Source: a virus. Taken from it: a stretch of DNA of 64,000 nucleotides. Both the position numbers and the translations under genes were made by a program. A model generated the notes under the pieces. The model had not been told where the DNA came from. It searched no databases and saw nothing but the letters and a program-made list of their open reading frames with translations. Positions 18,581-27,146 of the stretch are shown piece by piece; within the stretch, counting starts at the first letter, position 1, and the number at the start of each line of letters is the position of its first letter. The stretch covers positions 64,001 through 128,000 of the IMG/VR virus record IMGVR_UViG_3300021963_004854, one strand, 5' to 3'.

Positions 18581-20800
18581 ATGTCCCAGTTTGCTGAAAA
18601 GTCGATTCTCGCCAAGTTGTTGGCGACCGAAAACGTTCACGTTGAACACCAGAAGGTAAGCACCGCTTACTTCAATCTTGAAAGCCGCACGGTCGTGTTG
18701 CCGATTTTCAAAGAAATGTCGGCTGACCTTTACGACCTGCTGATCGGCCACGAAGTCGGTCACGCTCTCGAAACACCCGCACAGGGCTGGCACTCCAGCA
18801 TTTCTGAAAAAGGTCAGGGCTTCAAGTCTTTCCTTAATATCATTGAAGACGCCCGTATTGAGCGCAAGATGAAGACCCGTTATCCTGGTCTTCGTCGGTC
18901 GTTCTACAATGGCTACAAGGAGTTGTTCGAACAGAACTTCTTCGGTGTAGAAGGTATGGACGTTAACAAGTTGAAGTTTATCGACCGCATCAACCTCAAC
19001 GCTAAGGTTGGTTCGTTCCTCAACATCAAGTTCTCGCCTGAGGAACAGGTAATCGTTGATCGCCTCGACACCCTCGAAACGTGGGATGATGTGGTCGCTC
19101 TCGCTACCGAACTCTACGACCGTGCCGACCAATCGACCGAAGAATATGACTTCGAACAGTTCCTCAACCAGTTCCAGATGGACGGTGATGACGACGGCGA
19201 GTTTGATCCTACGGCTGAATATATCGAAGTTCCTTCTGATGGTCAAGCTAATACTGATAAGCCTGAACGTCAAGCGCCTCCTTCTAAGGGTCAGAAGTCC
19301 GAAGATAAGAAGGAAGATGAATCGAAGTCTTCCTCGTCGGACAGCACCGATGAGAAGACCGATGAAAAGAGCGATGACTCGACCGAAGATAGCAATTCTG
19401 ACGGTGAAAAGCAAGAGAAAATTGAACCAACTTCGTTCACCGACGAAAACTTCCGTGAGAACGAGGACAGCCTCGTGGATCAAAGCGCCCGTGAGACGTT
19501 TTATGCCAAGCTCCCTGTTCTGAACCCTGCTGATTATGTTATCGGCATCAACACCGTCGAGAAGATGATGACCTTCTCTGTCGGTGGCACTGCTAGCCGC
19601 ACTGGCAAGACTGCCGACCAGGTCAAGATGGAACTCTACAAAGAGTTTCTGGCTAAGAACGGCAAGTATCTGTCTGCCATGGCACAAGATTTCGAACGTA
19701 AGAAGAAAGCCCAGTCGCTTATGCGCGCCCAGACTTCTAAGACTGGTCGCATCAACATGGACAAGGTATGGGCTTACAAGATTACCGAAGACCTGTTCCT
19801 TCAGAACACGGTTGTTCCAAATGGTCAGAACCATGGTATGCTTCTGTACCTCGATATGTCGGGTAGTATGAACTCAAACATGGCTGGTACCATGGAGCAG
19901 CTGGTTCTTCTGGCTTCGTTCTGCCAGAAAGTCCGTATCCCATTCGAAGTTTATGGTTTCATTTCTTCCAATGGTGTTCCTCATGATTATTACAACTCGG
20001 TTCGTGGGCGTAATAATTACTCAGATGACAAGAACCTGGTCATCGCAGACGGTAGTTTCCGTCTGCTCCAGCTTGTGGCTACTGGCGTTTCTGGTGGTAA
20101 GTTCAAGACCCAGATGGCAAACCTTCTGGCCCTTGGCAAGTCTTATGACCGTAATTTCTATGACCTCTATCTAGATGGCGATGCTGCTAACGCTTTCAGT
20201 CTTGGTAGCACTCCGCTAGAAGAAGCCATTCTGATCGGTCGCTATATCGCTGAAGGCTTCAAGACTCGTAACCGCATTGAAGTTCTCTCATCGGTGTTCC
20301 TGACTGACGGTGAAGGTGATTGCAACTTCGAAACTGCTGGTAGCAATGATGCCTATCGTAAGAACCTTGCGATTGTTGATACCAAGACTCGTCGCACCTT
20401 TACGCAGCCCTATGACGGCAGTGGTAGCTATCGTAGCAAGTCTTATTGCAAGGCTCTTCTTGACTTGTACCGTGAAACTACTGGTTCGCGAGTGATTAAT
20501 TTTTACCTGATTAATCCATATGAATTCAAGTATTTTCTTAATCGTTCGCTTGTCTTTGGTGCAGATGCAGAAGTTGCTCGTAAGACTTTTCGTAAGGAAA
20601 GTGCCGCACTTCTAAAGAATATCAATGGCTTTGATGACCTGTTTGTGATTAAGGCTGGCCGCGACCTTCAAGTTACCGAAGATACTCTCACGGTAGACTC
20701 GACCGACAAGAAGGAACTGACCAAGGCTTTCAAGGCGTTTCAAGATAAGAAAGCAATTGGTCGTGTGATTCTTACAAAAATGGTTGAGGCTGTGGCGTAA
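18581..20800 (+). CDS. CobT-like protein: HExxH metallopeptidase-like N-domain, acidic linker, vWA domain
   Basis: HEVGH, NIIEDARIE, MIDAS DMSGS and LTDGE; adjacent to CobS-like ATPase. Confidence 0.85.
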   Translation: MSQFAEKSILAKLLATENVHVEHQKVSTAYFNLESRTVVLPIFKEMSADLYDLLIGHEVGHALETPAQGWHSSISEKGQGFKSFLNIIEDARIERKMKTRYPGLRRSFYNGYKELFEQNFFGVEGMDVNKLKFIDRINLNAKVGSFLNIKFSPEEQVIVDRLDTLETWDDVVALATELYDRADQSTEEYDFEQFLNQFQMDGDDDGEFDPTAEYIEVPSDGQANTDKPERQAPPSKGQKSEDKKEDESKSSSSDSTDEKTDEKSDDSTEDSNSDGEKQEKIEPTSFTDENFRENEDSLVDQSARETFYAKLPVLNPADYVIGINTVEKMMTFSVGGTASRTGKTADQVKMELYKEFLAKNGKYLSAMAQDFERKKKAQSLMRAQTSKTGRINMDKVWAYKITEDLFLQNTVVPNGQNHGMLLYLDMSGSMNSNMAGTMEQLVLLASFCQKVRIPFEVYGFISSNGVPHDYYNSVRGRNNYSDDKNLVIADGSFRLLQLVATGVSGGKFKTQMANLLALGKSYDRNFYDLYLDGDAANAFSLGSTPLEEAILIGRYIAEGFKTRNRIEVLSSVFLTDGEGDCNFETAGSNDAYRKNLAIVDTKTRRTFTQPYDGSGSYRSKSYCKALLDLYRETTGSRVINFYLINPYEFKYFLNRSLVFGADAEVARKTFRKESAALLKNINGFDDLFVIKAGRDLQVTEDTLTVDSTDKKELTKAFKAFQDKKAIGRVILTKMVEAVA

Positions 20801-20836
20801 GAATCACTTGACATTTACCCGCGAATCGCTTATAGT
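20800..20836 (+). promoter_or_regulatory. Early sigma70 promoter with two GANTC boxes
   Basis: AGAATCA-C-TTGACA-N17(CGAATCG)-TATAGT. Confidence 0.8.
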
Positions 20837-20884
20837 AGTATTTGTTGATTGATGATGTTTGTTTATGAAAAAGGTGATTTTATT

Positions 20885-22057
20885 ATGATTAATACCCGTG
20901 AAGCCATGCTGGCTGCTCTTCGTGCCGCTGATACTAATAGTGGCGTTTTCCGTAAGCGCGATGTGATCGCTGTGTCAAATGCTCTCGGCTTCAAGAGCCG
21001 TGCTGCCGACAAAATCATGGAAGAAGGCCTTAAGGTCTCCCGTGGCGTTTATGACCTCTCGCCTCTGATGGCGGGCATCTCGCCTGTCGCCGCTCCAGTA
21101 ACTCAGCCAGTTGCTGAGATTATCACGAAGCCCACTGCAAAGATTGTTACCCAGGCTAAGATGGAAGTCACTGTCGATAATCTGGTTCCTCGTCTTGACC
21201 CGACTTTCGTTCCGTTCGGTTTCTACCGCGACCTTATCAAGGTTCTCAAGGCGGAAGCCTTCTATCCCACGTTCATCTCTGGTCTGTCTGGTAACGGTAA
21301 GACCACGATGGTCGAACAGGCTTGCGCTAAGTTGAAGCGTGAATGCCTCCGTGTCAACATCTCGGTCGAAACGGACGAGGATGACCTGATTGGTGGCAAT
21401 ACCCTTGTCGATGGCAACGTGGTGTACCGCGAAGGCCCTGTTCTCACTGCCATGAAGCGTGGTGCAATTCTTATTCTTGATGAAATCGACCGCGGTTCGA
21501 ACAAGATGATGTGCCTTCAGGCAATTCTCGAAGGTAAGCCTTACTTCAATAAGAAGACTGGTGAGACAATCTTCCCTGCTAAGGGCTTCAACGTGATTGC
21601 CACGGCTAACACTAAGGGTCGTGGTTCCGACGATGGTAAATTCATCTCGGCCCAGATTCTTGATGACGCCTTCCTTGAGCGTTTCGCCATCACGGTTGAA
21701 CAAGAATATCCTTCTGCAAAGATTGAAAAGCAGATTGTCATGAACAAGATGGAAAAGGTTGCTGCGGTTGATGAAGAATTCGCCGACAACCTGGTGACTT
21801 GGGCTGAAATCATCCGTAAGACTTTCTACGATGGTGGTATTGACGACCTGATTTCTACTCGCCGTCTTGAACATATTGTCAACGCCTTTGCCATGTTCAA
21901 GTCGCGCCAGAAGGCAGTCGAACTCTGCGTTAACCGCTTTGATGCTGATACAAAGTCGGCATTCCTCGACCTCTACACCAAGGTCGATGCTAAGGTAGAC
22001 ACTGGTCCTACCGATAACGTCAATGAAGACGCATTTTTTGAAGAAACCCCTTTCTAA
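20885..22057 (+). CDS. cobS: CobS/MoxR-like AAA+ ATPase
   Basis: GLSGNGKT, LILDEID, ATANTKGRGSDDG, AFLERF, STRRL. Confidence 0.9.
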   Translation: MINTREAMLAALRAADTNSGVFRKRDVIAVSNALGFKSRAADKIMEEGLKVSRGVYDLSPLMAGISPVAAPVTQPVAEIITKPTAKIVTQAKMEVTVDNLVPRLDPTFVPFGFYRDLIKVLKAEAFYPTFISGLSGNGKTTMVEQACAKLKRECLRVNISVETDEDDLIGGNTLVDGNVVYREGPVLTAMKRGAILILDEIDRGSNKMMCLQAILEGKPYFNKKTGETIFPAKGFNVIATANTKGRGSDDGKFISAQILDDAFLERFAITVEQEYPSAKIEKQIVMNKMEKVAAVDEEFADNLVTWAEIIRKTFYDGGIDDLISTRRLEHIVNAFAMFKSRQKAVELCVNRFDADTKSAFLDLYTKVDAKVDTGPTDNVNEDAFFEETPF

Positions 22058-22066
22058 GGAGAACCT

Positions 22067-22588
22067 ATGACAATTGATTATAAGTATAACGAGGGTGACC
22101 TGCTTCGGCAGGTCACCGAGTATGTCAACGCCACTTATGGCCAGCACTACTCGCAGAACAAGTACCAAGCCACCGAGTTTATCATTGATGGTGGACATGG
22201 TGTAGGCTTCACGATTGGAAACATCATGAAGTATGCCCAGCGTTACAGTCATAAGGGAACACCCGAAGAATGGCGTAAAGACCTCATGAAGGTTGTTCAC
22301 TATGCCATCATTGCTCTTTATGTTCATGACAAGACCTATGGACCTAAAGAGATTAATCTAACAGACCTTCTCAAGGAAGTCAAGATTCCTACCACGGACT
22401 TTTCTGAATTGAATCCAGCTAGATTGAAGACTTCCCTTTCTACTGTAGACACTATTAATATTCGTCCAGAAGATACAATTGTTCCTAATTGGCACGATTA
22501 CAATATGGGTACCACTTCTCTCTTGACTTCCGATGAAAGTTCTAGTATAACAATTACTGGTACTAAGACCAAAAAGAAAAAAGGTTAA
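22067..22588 (+). CDS. DUF3310-like protein with C-terminal extension
   Basis: YVNATYGQHY, GFTIGNIMKYAQR, DLMKVVHYAI; extension contains TTGACT-N17-TATAAC promoter (22523-22551) for gp45. Confidence 0.75.
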   Translation: MTIDYKYNEGDLLRQVTEYVNATYGQHYSQNKYQATEFIIDGGHGVGFTIGNIMKYAQRYSHKGTPEEWRKDLMKVVHYAIIALYVHDKTYGPKEINLTDLLKEVKIPTTDFSELNPARLKTSLSTVDTINIRPEDTIVPNWHDYNMGTTSLLTSDESSSITITGTKTKKKKG

Positions 22589-22594
22589 TATATT

Positions 22595-23254
22595 ATGAAA
22601 ATTTCCAACGAAACACTTTCCCTTCTCAAGAACTACGCTGGCATCAATACAAATATTCTGTTTCGGCAGGGTAATGTTATTGGTACTGTAAGTCCTGGGA
22701 AGAACATCTTTTCACGCGCCACGGTCACCGAAACCTTTCCGCGTGAAATTGCCGTCTATGACCTGAACAGCCTTCTGGCACTTCTGACCCTCATGGAAGA
22801 TCAGGACGTAGATTTTGGCGAGAACAGCATCAAGGTTAGTAAGGATGGGTCGAAGTTCGAATACTTCTATTCTGATCCTGGCACCGTGACCGCTGCTCCC
22901 GACAAGAACCTTGAGATTGAACCTGTGTGGTCGTTCGATCTTTCGTCGGATGAAATCAGTATGATTCTCCGCGCCGCATCAATCACCTCGGCACCAATCA
23001 TCAGCATTGTATCGGATGGCGCCCAGGTTCAACTCAAGGTTGGCGACCCCACCAATTCATCGGCAAACTCATACACTAAGACTATCAGCACCGATGCTGC
23101 TCCTGTGTTTGATTGCCGAGTGAAGACCGAGAACCTCAAGGTCCTGTCTGATAACTACACTGTCACGCTTGGTAAGAAGCGCGCCATGGAGTTTAAGAGC
23201 AAGGGTCGTGAACTCGTTTATTATATTGCCATGGACCCTGCGTCCTCTATCTAA
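22595..23254 (+). CDS. gp45: Sliding clamp
   Basis: MKISNETLSLLKNYAGIN, AVYDLNSLL, YYIAM. Confidence 0.92.
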   Translation: MKISNETLSLLKNYAGINTNILFRQGNVIGTVSPGKNIFSRATVTETFPREIAVYDLNSLLALLTLMEDQDVDFGENSIKVSKDGSKFEYFYSDPGTVTAAPDKNLEIEPVWSFDLSSDEISMILRAASITSAPIISIVSDGAQVQLKVGDPTNSSANSYTKTISTDAAPVFDCRVKTENLKVLSDNYTVTLGKKRAMEFKSKGRELVYYIAMDPASSI

Positions 23255-23265
23255 GGTGATATAAT

Positions 23266-23496
23266 ATGATTGTGACCTATCTGCCATGGCTAATGTCTTG
23301 TCTGACAATTTGGATGACACTACTTGCTGGAAACAACCATCCAGGTGCCTGGGCAGTAGGTCTAGTCAATCAAGTGTTCTGGGTGACATGGATTATTGCT
23401 AGTCAAACTTGGGGATTAATTCCTATGAGTATTGCACTAGGTATTGTTTATGCCCGTAATCACTTCAAGTGGAATCCCACAGAAGATATTAAATAA
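23266..23496 (+). CDS. Small multi-TM membrane protein
   Basis: Three hydrophobic Trp-rich segments in 76 aa. Confidence 0.65.
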   Translation: MIVTYLPWLMSCLTIWMTLLAGNNHPGAWAVGLVNQVFWVTWIIASQTWGLIPMSIALGIVYARNHFKWNPTEDIK

Positions 23497-23514
23497 AATT
23501 TAAGGAGATATAAT

Positions 23515-23682
23515 ATGACAAAGCTAGAATTCACTCTTAACGCCCGTGTTCCCTATGATGCCGAAGAAGATGCTCGGTCGGTAGACATTTCGTTTACTAC
23601 TGCCGATGCCGCAGAAGTTATTCGCCAGTTCAATAAGTTTCTTATTCTTAATGATCTAGATATTCAGGTTACGGTAGCATAA
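23515..23682 (+). CDS. Small hypothetical protein (55 aa, not in ORF track)
   Basis: AAGGAG SD; MTKLEFTLN...QVTVA; stop overlaps next ATG. Confidence 0.7.
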   Translation: MTKLEFTLNARVPYDAEEDARSVDISFTTADAAEVIRQFNKFLILNDLDIQVTVA

Positions 23683-24263
23683 TGGTAGAAACAGTTTCCT
23701 ATTTGTCAAAGTGGGACACTGAGCCACAGGAAGTAAAACTTCCTGGGGTAGTCCCTGCCGAAGTCTTTAAGACTCGCGTCCGTGACAATTCGATTGAAGG
23801 TCCAAATCCTTTCCGTTGGGAAGATAAGACCACTTATGATTACTTCTCTGGTAAGCGGGTGGTTCTCTTCTCTCTTCCGGGTGCTTTCACTCCAACTTGT
23901 TCGACCTACCAGTTGCCAGGTTTTGAAAGCAACTTTGCGGAATTTAAGGCACTAGGTATCAAAGACATTTATTGTGTGTCCGTGAATGATGCCTTTGTTA
24001 TGAATTGCTGGGCCAAGGATCAGAAGATCAAGAAGGTCAAGATGATTCCTGATGGTTCGGCTAAGTTTACTCGCCAGATGGGAATGTTGGTAGAGAAAGA
24101 CAATCTTGGTTTTGGTTTTCGCTCTTGGCGCTATGCATGTGTTGTCAATAACGGCCTTATTGAGAAGTGGTTTGTTGAACCTGGTATGGAAGATAACTGC
24201 GAAACTGATCCTTACGGTGAAACTTCGCCTGAAAACATTCTTGACTGGTTGCGCAACAACTGA
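23682..24263 (+). CDS. Peroxiredoxin (Prx5/redoxin type)
   Basis: LFSLPGAFTPTCS, SVNDAFVM, GFRSWRY. Confidence 0.92.
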   Translation: MVETVSYLSKWDTEPQEVKLPGVVPAEVFKTRVRDNSIEGPNPFRWEDKTTYDYFSGKRVVLFSLPGAFTPTCSTYQLPGFESNFAEFKALGIKDIYCVSVNDAFVMNCWAKDQKIKKVKMIPDGSAKFTRQMGMLVEKDNLGFGFRSWRYACVVNNGLIEKWFVEPGMEDNCETDPYGETSPENILDWLRNN

Positions 24264-24324
24264 TATAGTGAATGCTGGTCACTAAGCCAGAGTTCGTGGA
24301 TGCACTAACATCGCGACGGACATT
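24241..24324 (+). promoter_or_regulatory. Promoter and structured 5' leader of gp44
   Basis: TTGACT-N17-TATAGT followed by two hairpins with identical CACTAA loops. Confidence 0.6.
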
Positions 24325-24347
24325 TTATTTTATTATGGAGAATGAAT

Positions 24348-25280
24348 ATGCGTGAAGACTTCCTCTGGGTTGAGAAGTATCGTCCTCGTAAGCTGGACGA
24401 TTGTATCCTTCCCGACGAACAACTGAATACCTTTCGCCAGTTTGTGGCGACTGGTGAAATTCCCAATATGCTCCTCTGTGGTTCGGCTGGTGTAGGTAAG
24501 ACTACTATCGCCCGTGCCATTTGTGAGGAACTTGGTTGTGACTATATCGTTATCAACGGTTCAGAAGAATCTGGTATCGATGTTCTCCGCACCAAGATTC
24601 GAGAGTTTGCATCCTCTGTCTCGTTTAGCGGCAAGACTAAGGTTGTCATTCTAGACGAAGCCGATTACCTGAATCCAAACTCTACGCAGCCAGCCCTTCG
24701 TGCCTTCATTGAAGAGTTTGCTAACAACTGCCGCTTCATCTTTACCTGCAACTTCAAGAACCGCATCATTGCACCTCTGCATAGTCGGACTGCGGTGATT
24801 GAATTCAAGTTGACTAAGGCTGACCGACCCAAGATGGCTGGTCGTTTCATGAAGCGCCTTGGCGACATTCTTGAAGCCGAGAATGTGCAATATGATGACA
24901 AGGTTGTAGCGGAAGTCCTTAAGAAGCACTTCCCAGATTATCGCCGTGTTCTTAATGAACTCCAGAGATACAGCGTAGGCGGTGTTATCGATGCTGGCAT
25001 TCTAGCCAACGTCCAAGAAATCAACATGAAAGAACTTGTTGATGCCCTTCGTGGCAAAGACTTCCGCAAGGTGCGCCAGTGGGTCGTAGATAATATCGAC
25101 AACGATCCTGGTATCATCTTCCGTAAGATTTACGATACACTCCTGGATGATGTGAAGTATCCATCGGCTCTGATTATTCTTCTGGCCGATTATCAATACA
25201 AGTCTGCTTTTGCTGCTAACCAAGAAATCAATCTCGTGGCCTGTTTGGTTGAGATTATGGCTGGGGTGGAGTGGAAGTAA
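24348..25280 (+). CDS. gp44: Clamp loader large subunit
   Basis: LWVEKYRP, GSAGVGKT, ILDEAD, PLHSR; alternative start 24342. Confidence 0.96.
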   Translation: MREDFLWVEKYRPRKLDDCILPDEQLNTFRQFVATGEIPNMLLCGSAGVGKTTIARAICEELGCDYIVINGSEESGIDVLRTKIREFASSVSFSGKTKVVILDEADYLNPNSTQPALRAFIEEFANNCRFIFTCNFKNRIIAPLHSRTAVIEFKLTKADRPKMAGRFMKRLGDILEAENVQYDDKVVAEVLKKHFPDYRRVLNELQRYSVGGVIDAGILANVQEINMKELVDALRGKDFRKVRQWVVDNIDNDPGIIFRKIYDTLLDDVKYPSALIILLADYQYKSAFAANQEINLVACLVEIMAGVEWK

Positions 25281-25735
25281 TGGATGGTATTCTAGAGGGT
25301 CTTGGTGATCCGAAGGTAGAATACAAGCCAGAAGACTTTGTAGAGAAGAAAGCCAAAATCTCTCCCTTCGATTTCATCAACGATATCAATCACAAAAAAT
25401 CTAATCTCATTGTAGATGACTGGGCCGAGAAGCAATACAATCCTTGGATAATCAATCGCGGTTTGAGTTTCGCTATAGACACGGTGATTCCAGCCAATGA
25501 GATGAACTGTCGACCACACCTAGATAAAGCATTACAAAACTCTTTTCTTATAAATACAATACGCGCAAAGAAGCGATTTGATAAATGGATCAAAATCGAA
25601 GACGATGCCGAAATTGAGATGATTAAAGAGTATTATGGTTATAGCAATGACAAGGCTCGCCAGGCTCTTACAATTCTCTCGGAAGAACAAAAGAAAATAA
25701 TAAAAGAGAAATTGTATAAAGGTGGTAGAAAATGA
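25280..25735 (+). CDS. gp62: Clamp loader small subunit
   Basis: PFDFINDIN, YNPWIINRGLS, KEYYGYSNDKA. Confidence 0.92.
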   Translation: MDGILEGLGDPKVEYKPEDFVEKKAKISPFDFINDINHKKSNLIVDDWAEKQYNPWIINRGLSFAIDTVIPANEMNCRPHLDKALQNSFLINTIRAKKRFDKWIKIEDDAEIEMIKEYYGYSNDKARQALTILSEEQKKIIKEKLYKGGRK

Positions 25736-26148
25736 GCGAAGATTTTTTTGACATTGACTTTCCTGGTTACGCACCACTGGAAGTCAAACTAAAGAATCCT
25801 GATGACTTTCTTAAGGTTCGCGAAACACTTTCGCGTATTGGCGTTGCGTCTCGGAAAGATAAGGTTCTTTATCAATCGTGTCATATTCTACACAAGCAAG
25901 GTAGATACTTTATTGTTCACTTTAAGGAACTCTTTGCCCTAGATGGTAAGGATGCTGACTTTAGTGATAACGATCTACAGCGTAGAAATACAGTGGCACA
26001 CCTACTCTCTGATTGGGGTCTGATTACTATTCTCAATCCAGAAATCCATGAGGACAAAGCTCCTCTAAATCAAATCAAGGTCATTGCTTATAAAGAAAAA
26101 GGCGAATGGGAACTAGTTCAAAAGTATAACATTGGTCGCAAAAAGTAA
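25732..26148 (+). CDS. regA: Translational repressor RegA
   Basis: DDFLKVRETLSRIG, LYQSCHILHKQGRYFIVHFKELF. Confidence 0.97.
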   Translation: MSEDFFDIDFPGYAPLEVKLKNPDDFLKVRETLSRIGVASRKDKVLYQSCHILHKQGRYFIVHFKELFALDGKDADFSDNDLQRRNTVAHLLSDWGLITILNPEIHEDKAPLNQIKVIAYKEKGEWELVQKYNIGRKK

Positions 26149-26240
26149 TTGACATAATATAAAAATTGGTGTATAAATAAAGGGTGCTATGCTTCGGATA
26201 GCACCCTTTTTATTACTCGCTTAATAGGAGAACAATTATG
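26149..26240 (+). promoter_or_regulatory. Overlapping sigma70/late promoter and ROSE-like 5' UTR of hsp20
   Basis: TTGACA-N17-TATAAA overlapping TATAAATA (26172-26179); hairpin 26181-26207; CTCGCT/AGGAG SD-sequestering hairpin 26216-26230. Confidence 0.65.
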
Positions 26241-26726
26241 AAATTTGATACTACAAGTTTACCAAACATCGACCGTTATTTCGTTGGCGCAGACCGCGTT
26301 ATGAAAAGGTTAGCAGATATTGCTGACCAATCTGCGCACATGATGCCAGTTAAATATCCTCCATACAATATCAAGAAAGTTGATGAAAATCGCTACGTTA
26401 TCGAAATGGCAGTTGCTGGTTTCGGTAAGACGGATATTGATATTGAACTACAAGAGGGCATGTTGTCCATCCAAGGGAAGTGCGAAACGCCTGACCCGGA
26501 GCAATATCTCTACAAGGGAATTGCTGAACGAGGATTCAAGCGCGAATTTACTCTTGCTGACAACGTTGAAGTAAAAAGTTCCACACTGGTCAATGGTATG
26601 CTGAAAATTTGGCTGGAAGCATTGATTCCAGAAGAAAAGAAGCCAAAGAAAATCGACATTACCGACGGTGATAATGAATATCCATCGGAAGCTGCCGAAT
26701 TCTTGGCAGAAGGTAAAACTAAGTAA
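26238..26726 (+). CDS. hsp20: Small heat shock protein (Hsp20/IbpA-like)
   Basis: YPPYNI, IEMAVAGF, YLYKGIAERGF, NGML. Confidence 0.95.
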   Translation: MKFDTTSLPNIDRYFVGADRVMKRLADIADQSAHMMPVKYPPYNIKKVDENRYVIEMAVAGFGKTDIDIELQEGMLSIQGKCETPDPEQYLYKGIAERGFKREFTLADNVEVKSSTLVNGMLKIWLEALIPEEKKPKKIDITDGDNEYPSEAAEFLAEGKTK

Positions 26727-26824
26727 TGTTTAATCACAAGTATGTTTTACCCGTCTCTCGTGCAGCCCATATCACAGTAGCAAGTTTGCTAATGATTATG
26801 GGTTATGCAATTCTAACAATCTAA
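26726..26824 (+). CDS. Putative 32-aa single-TM microprotein
   Basis: ATG overlaps hsp20 stop (TAATG); hydrophobic C-terminal half. Confidence 0.45.
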   Translation: MFNHKYVLPVSRAAHITVASLLMIMGYAILTI

Positions 26825-26846
26825 ATAATTTAAAAAGGTGACTGTT

Positions 26847-27146
26847 ATGTCCAATGTCAAATGTGTAAAGCTAATCAGCGGCGAGGAAATCATTGCTGAT
26901 ATTGATGAAGGTATTGAAGGCCTCGTTATTCTGAAAAAGCCTCTACTGATTATGATGGTGCCAAACCAGAACAATCAATTTGGCATTGGACTAGCACCCT
27001 TCTGTCCGTATGCCCAGGACGGAGATATTCCTGTTCGTTCTGGTGCCGTAATTTCAATTTTCGAACCTGATACTGGTATGAAGAATGAGTATAATGTTCG
27101 ATTTGGTAGTGGCATTGTAATGCCGGAAAGCAAGATTATCGTATGA
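26847..27146 (+). CDS. Hypothetical protein (Sm-like, conserved before gp43)
   Basis: VKLISGEEIIA...YNVRFGSGIV. Confidence 0.75.
   Translation: MSNVKCVKLISGEEIIADIDEGIEGLVILKKPLLIMMVPNQNNQFGIGLAPFCPYAQDGDIPVRSGAVISIFEPDTGMKNEYNVRFGSGIVMPESKIIV

Noticed and set aside
18539-19834. 431-aa minus-strand ORF
   Set aside because: Antisense shadow of the CobT-like gene; scarcity of TTA/CTA/TCA codons on the sense strand removes antisense stops; no motifs
20975-22327. 450-aa minus-strand ORF
   Set aside because: Same shadow effect over cobS; no recognisable domain or SD
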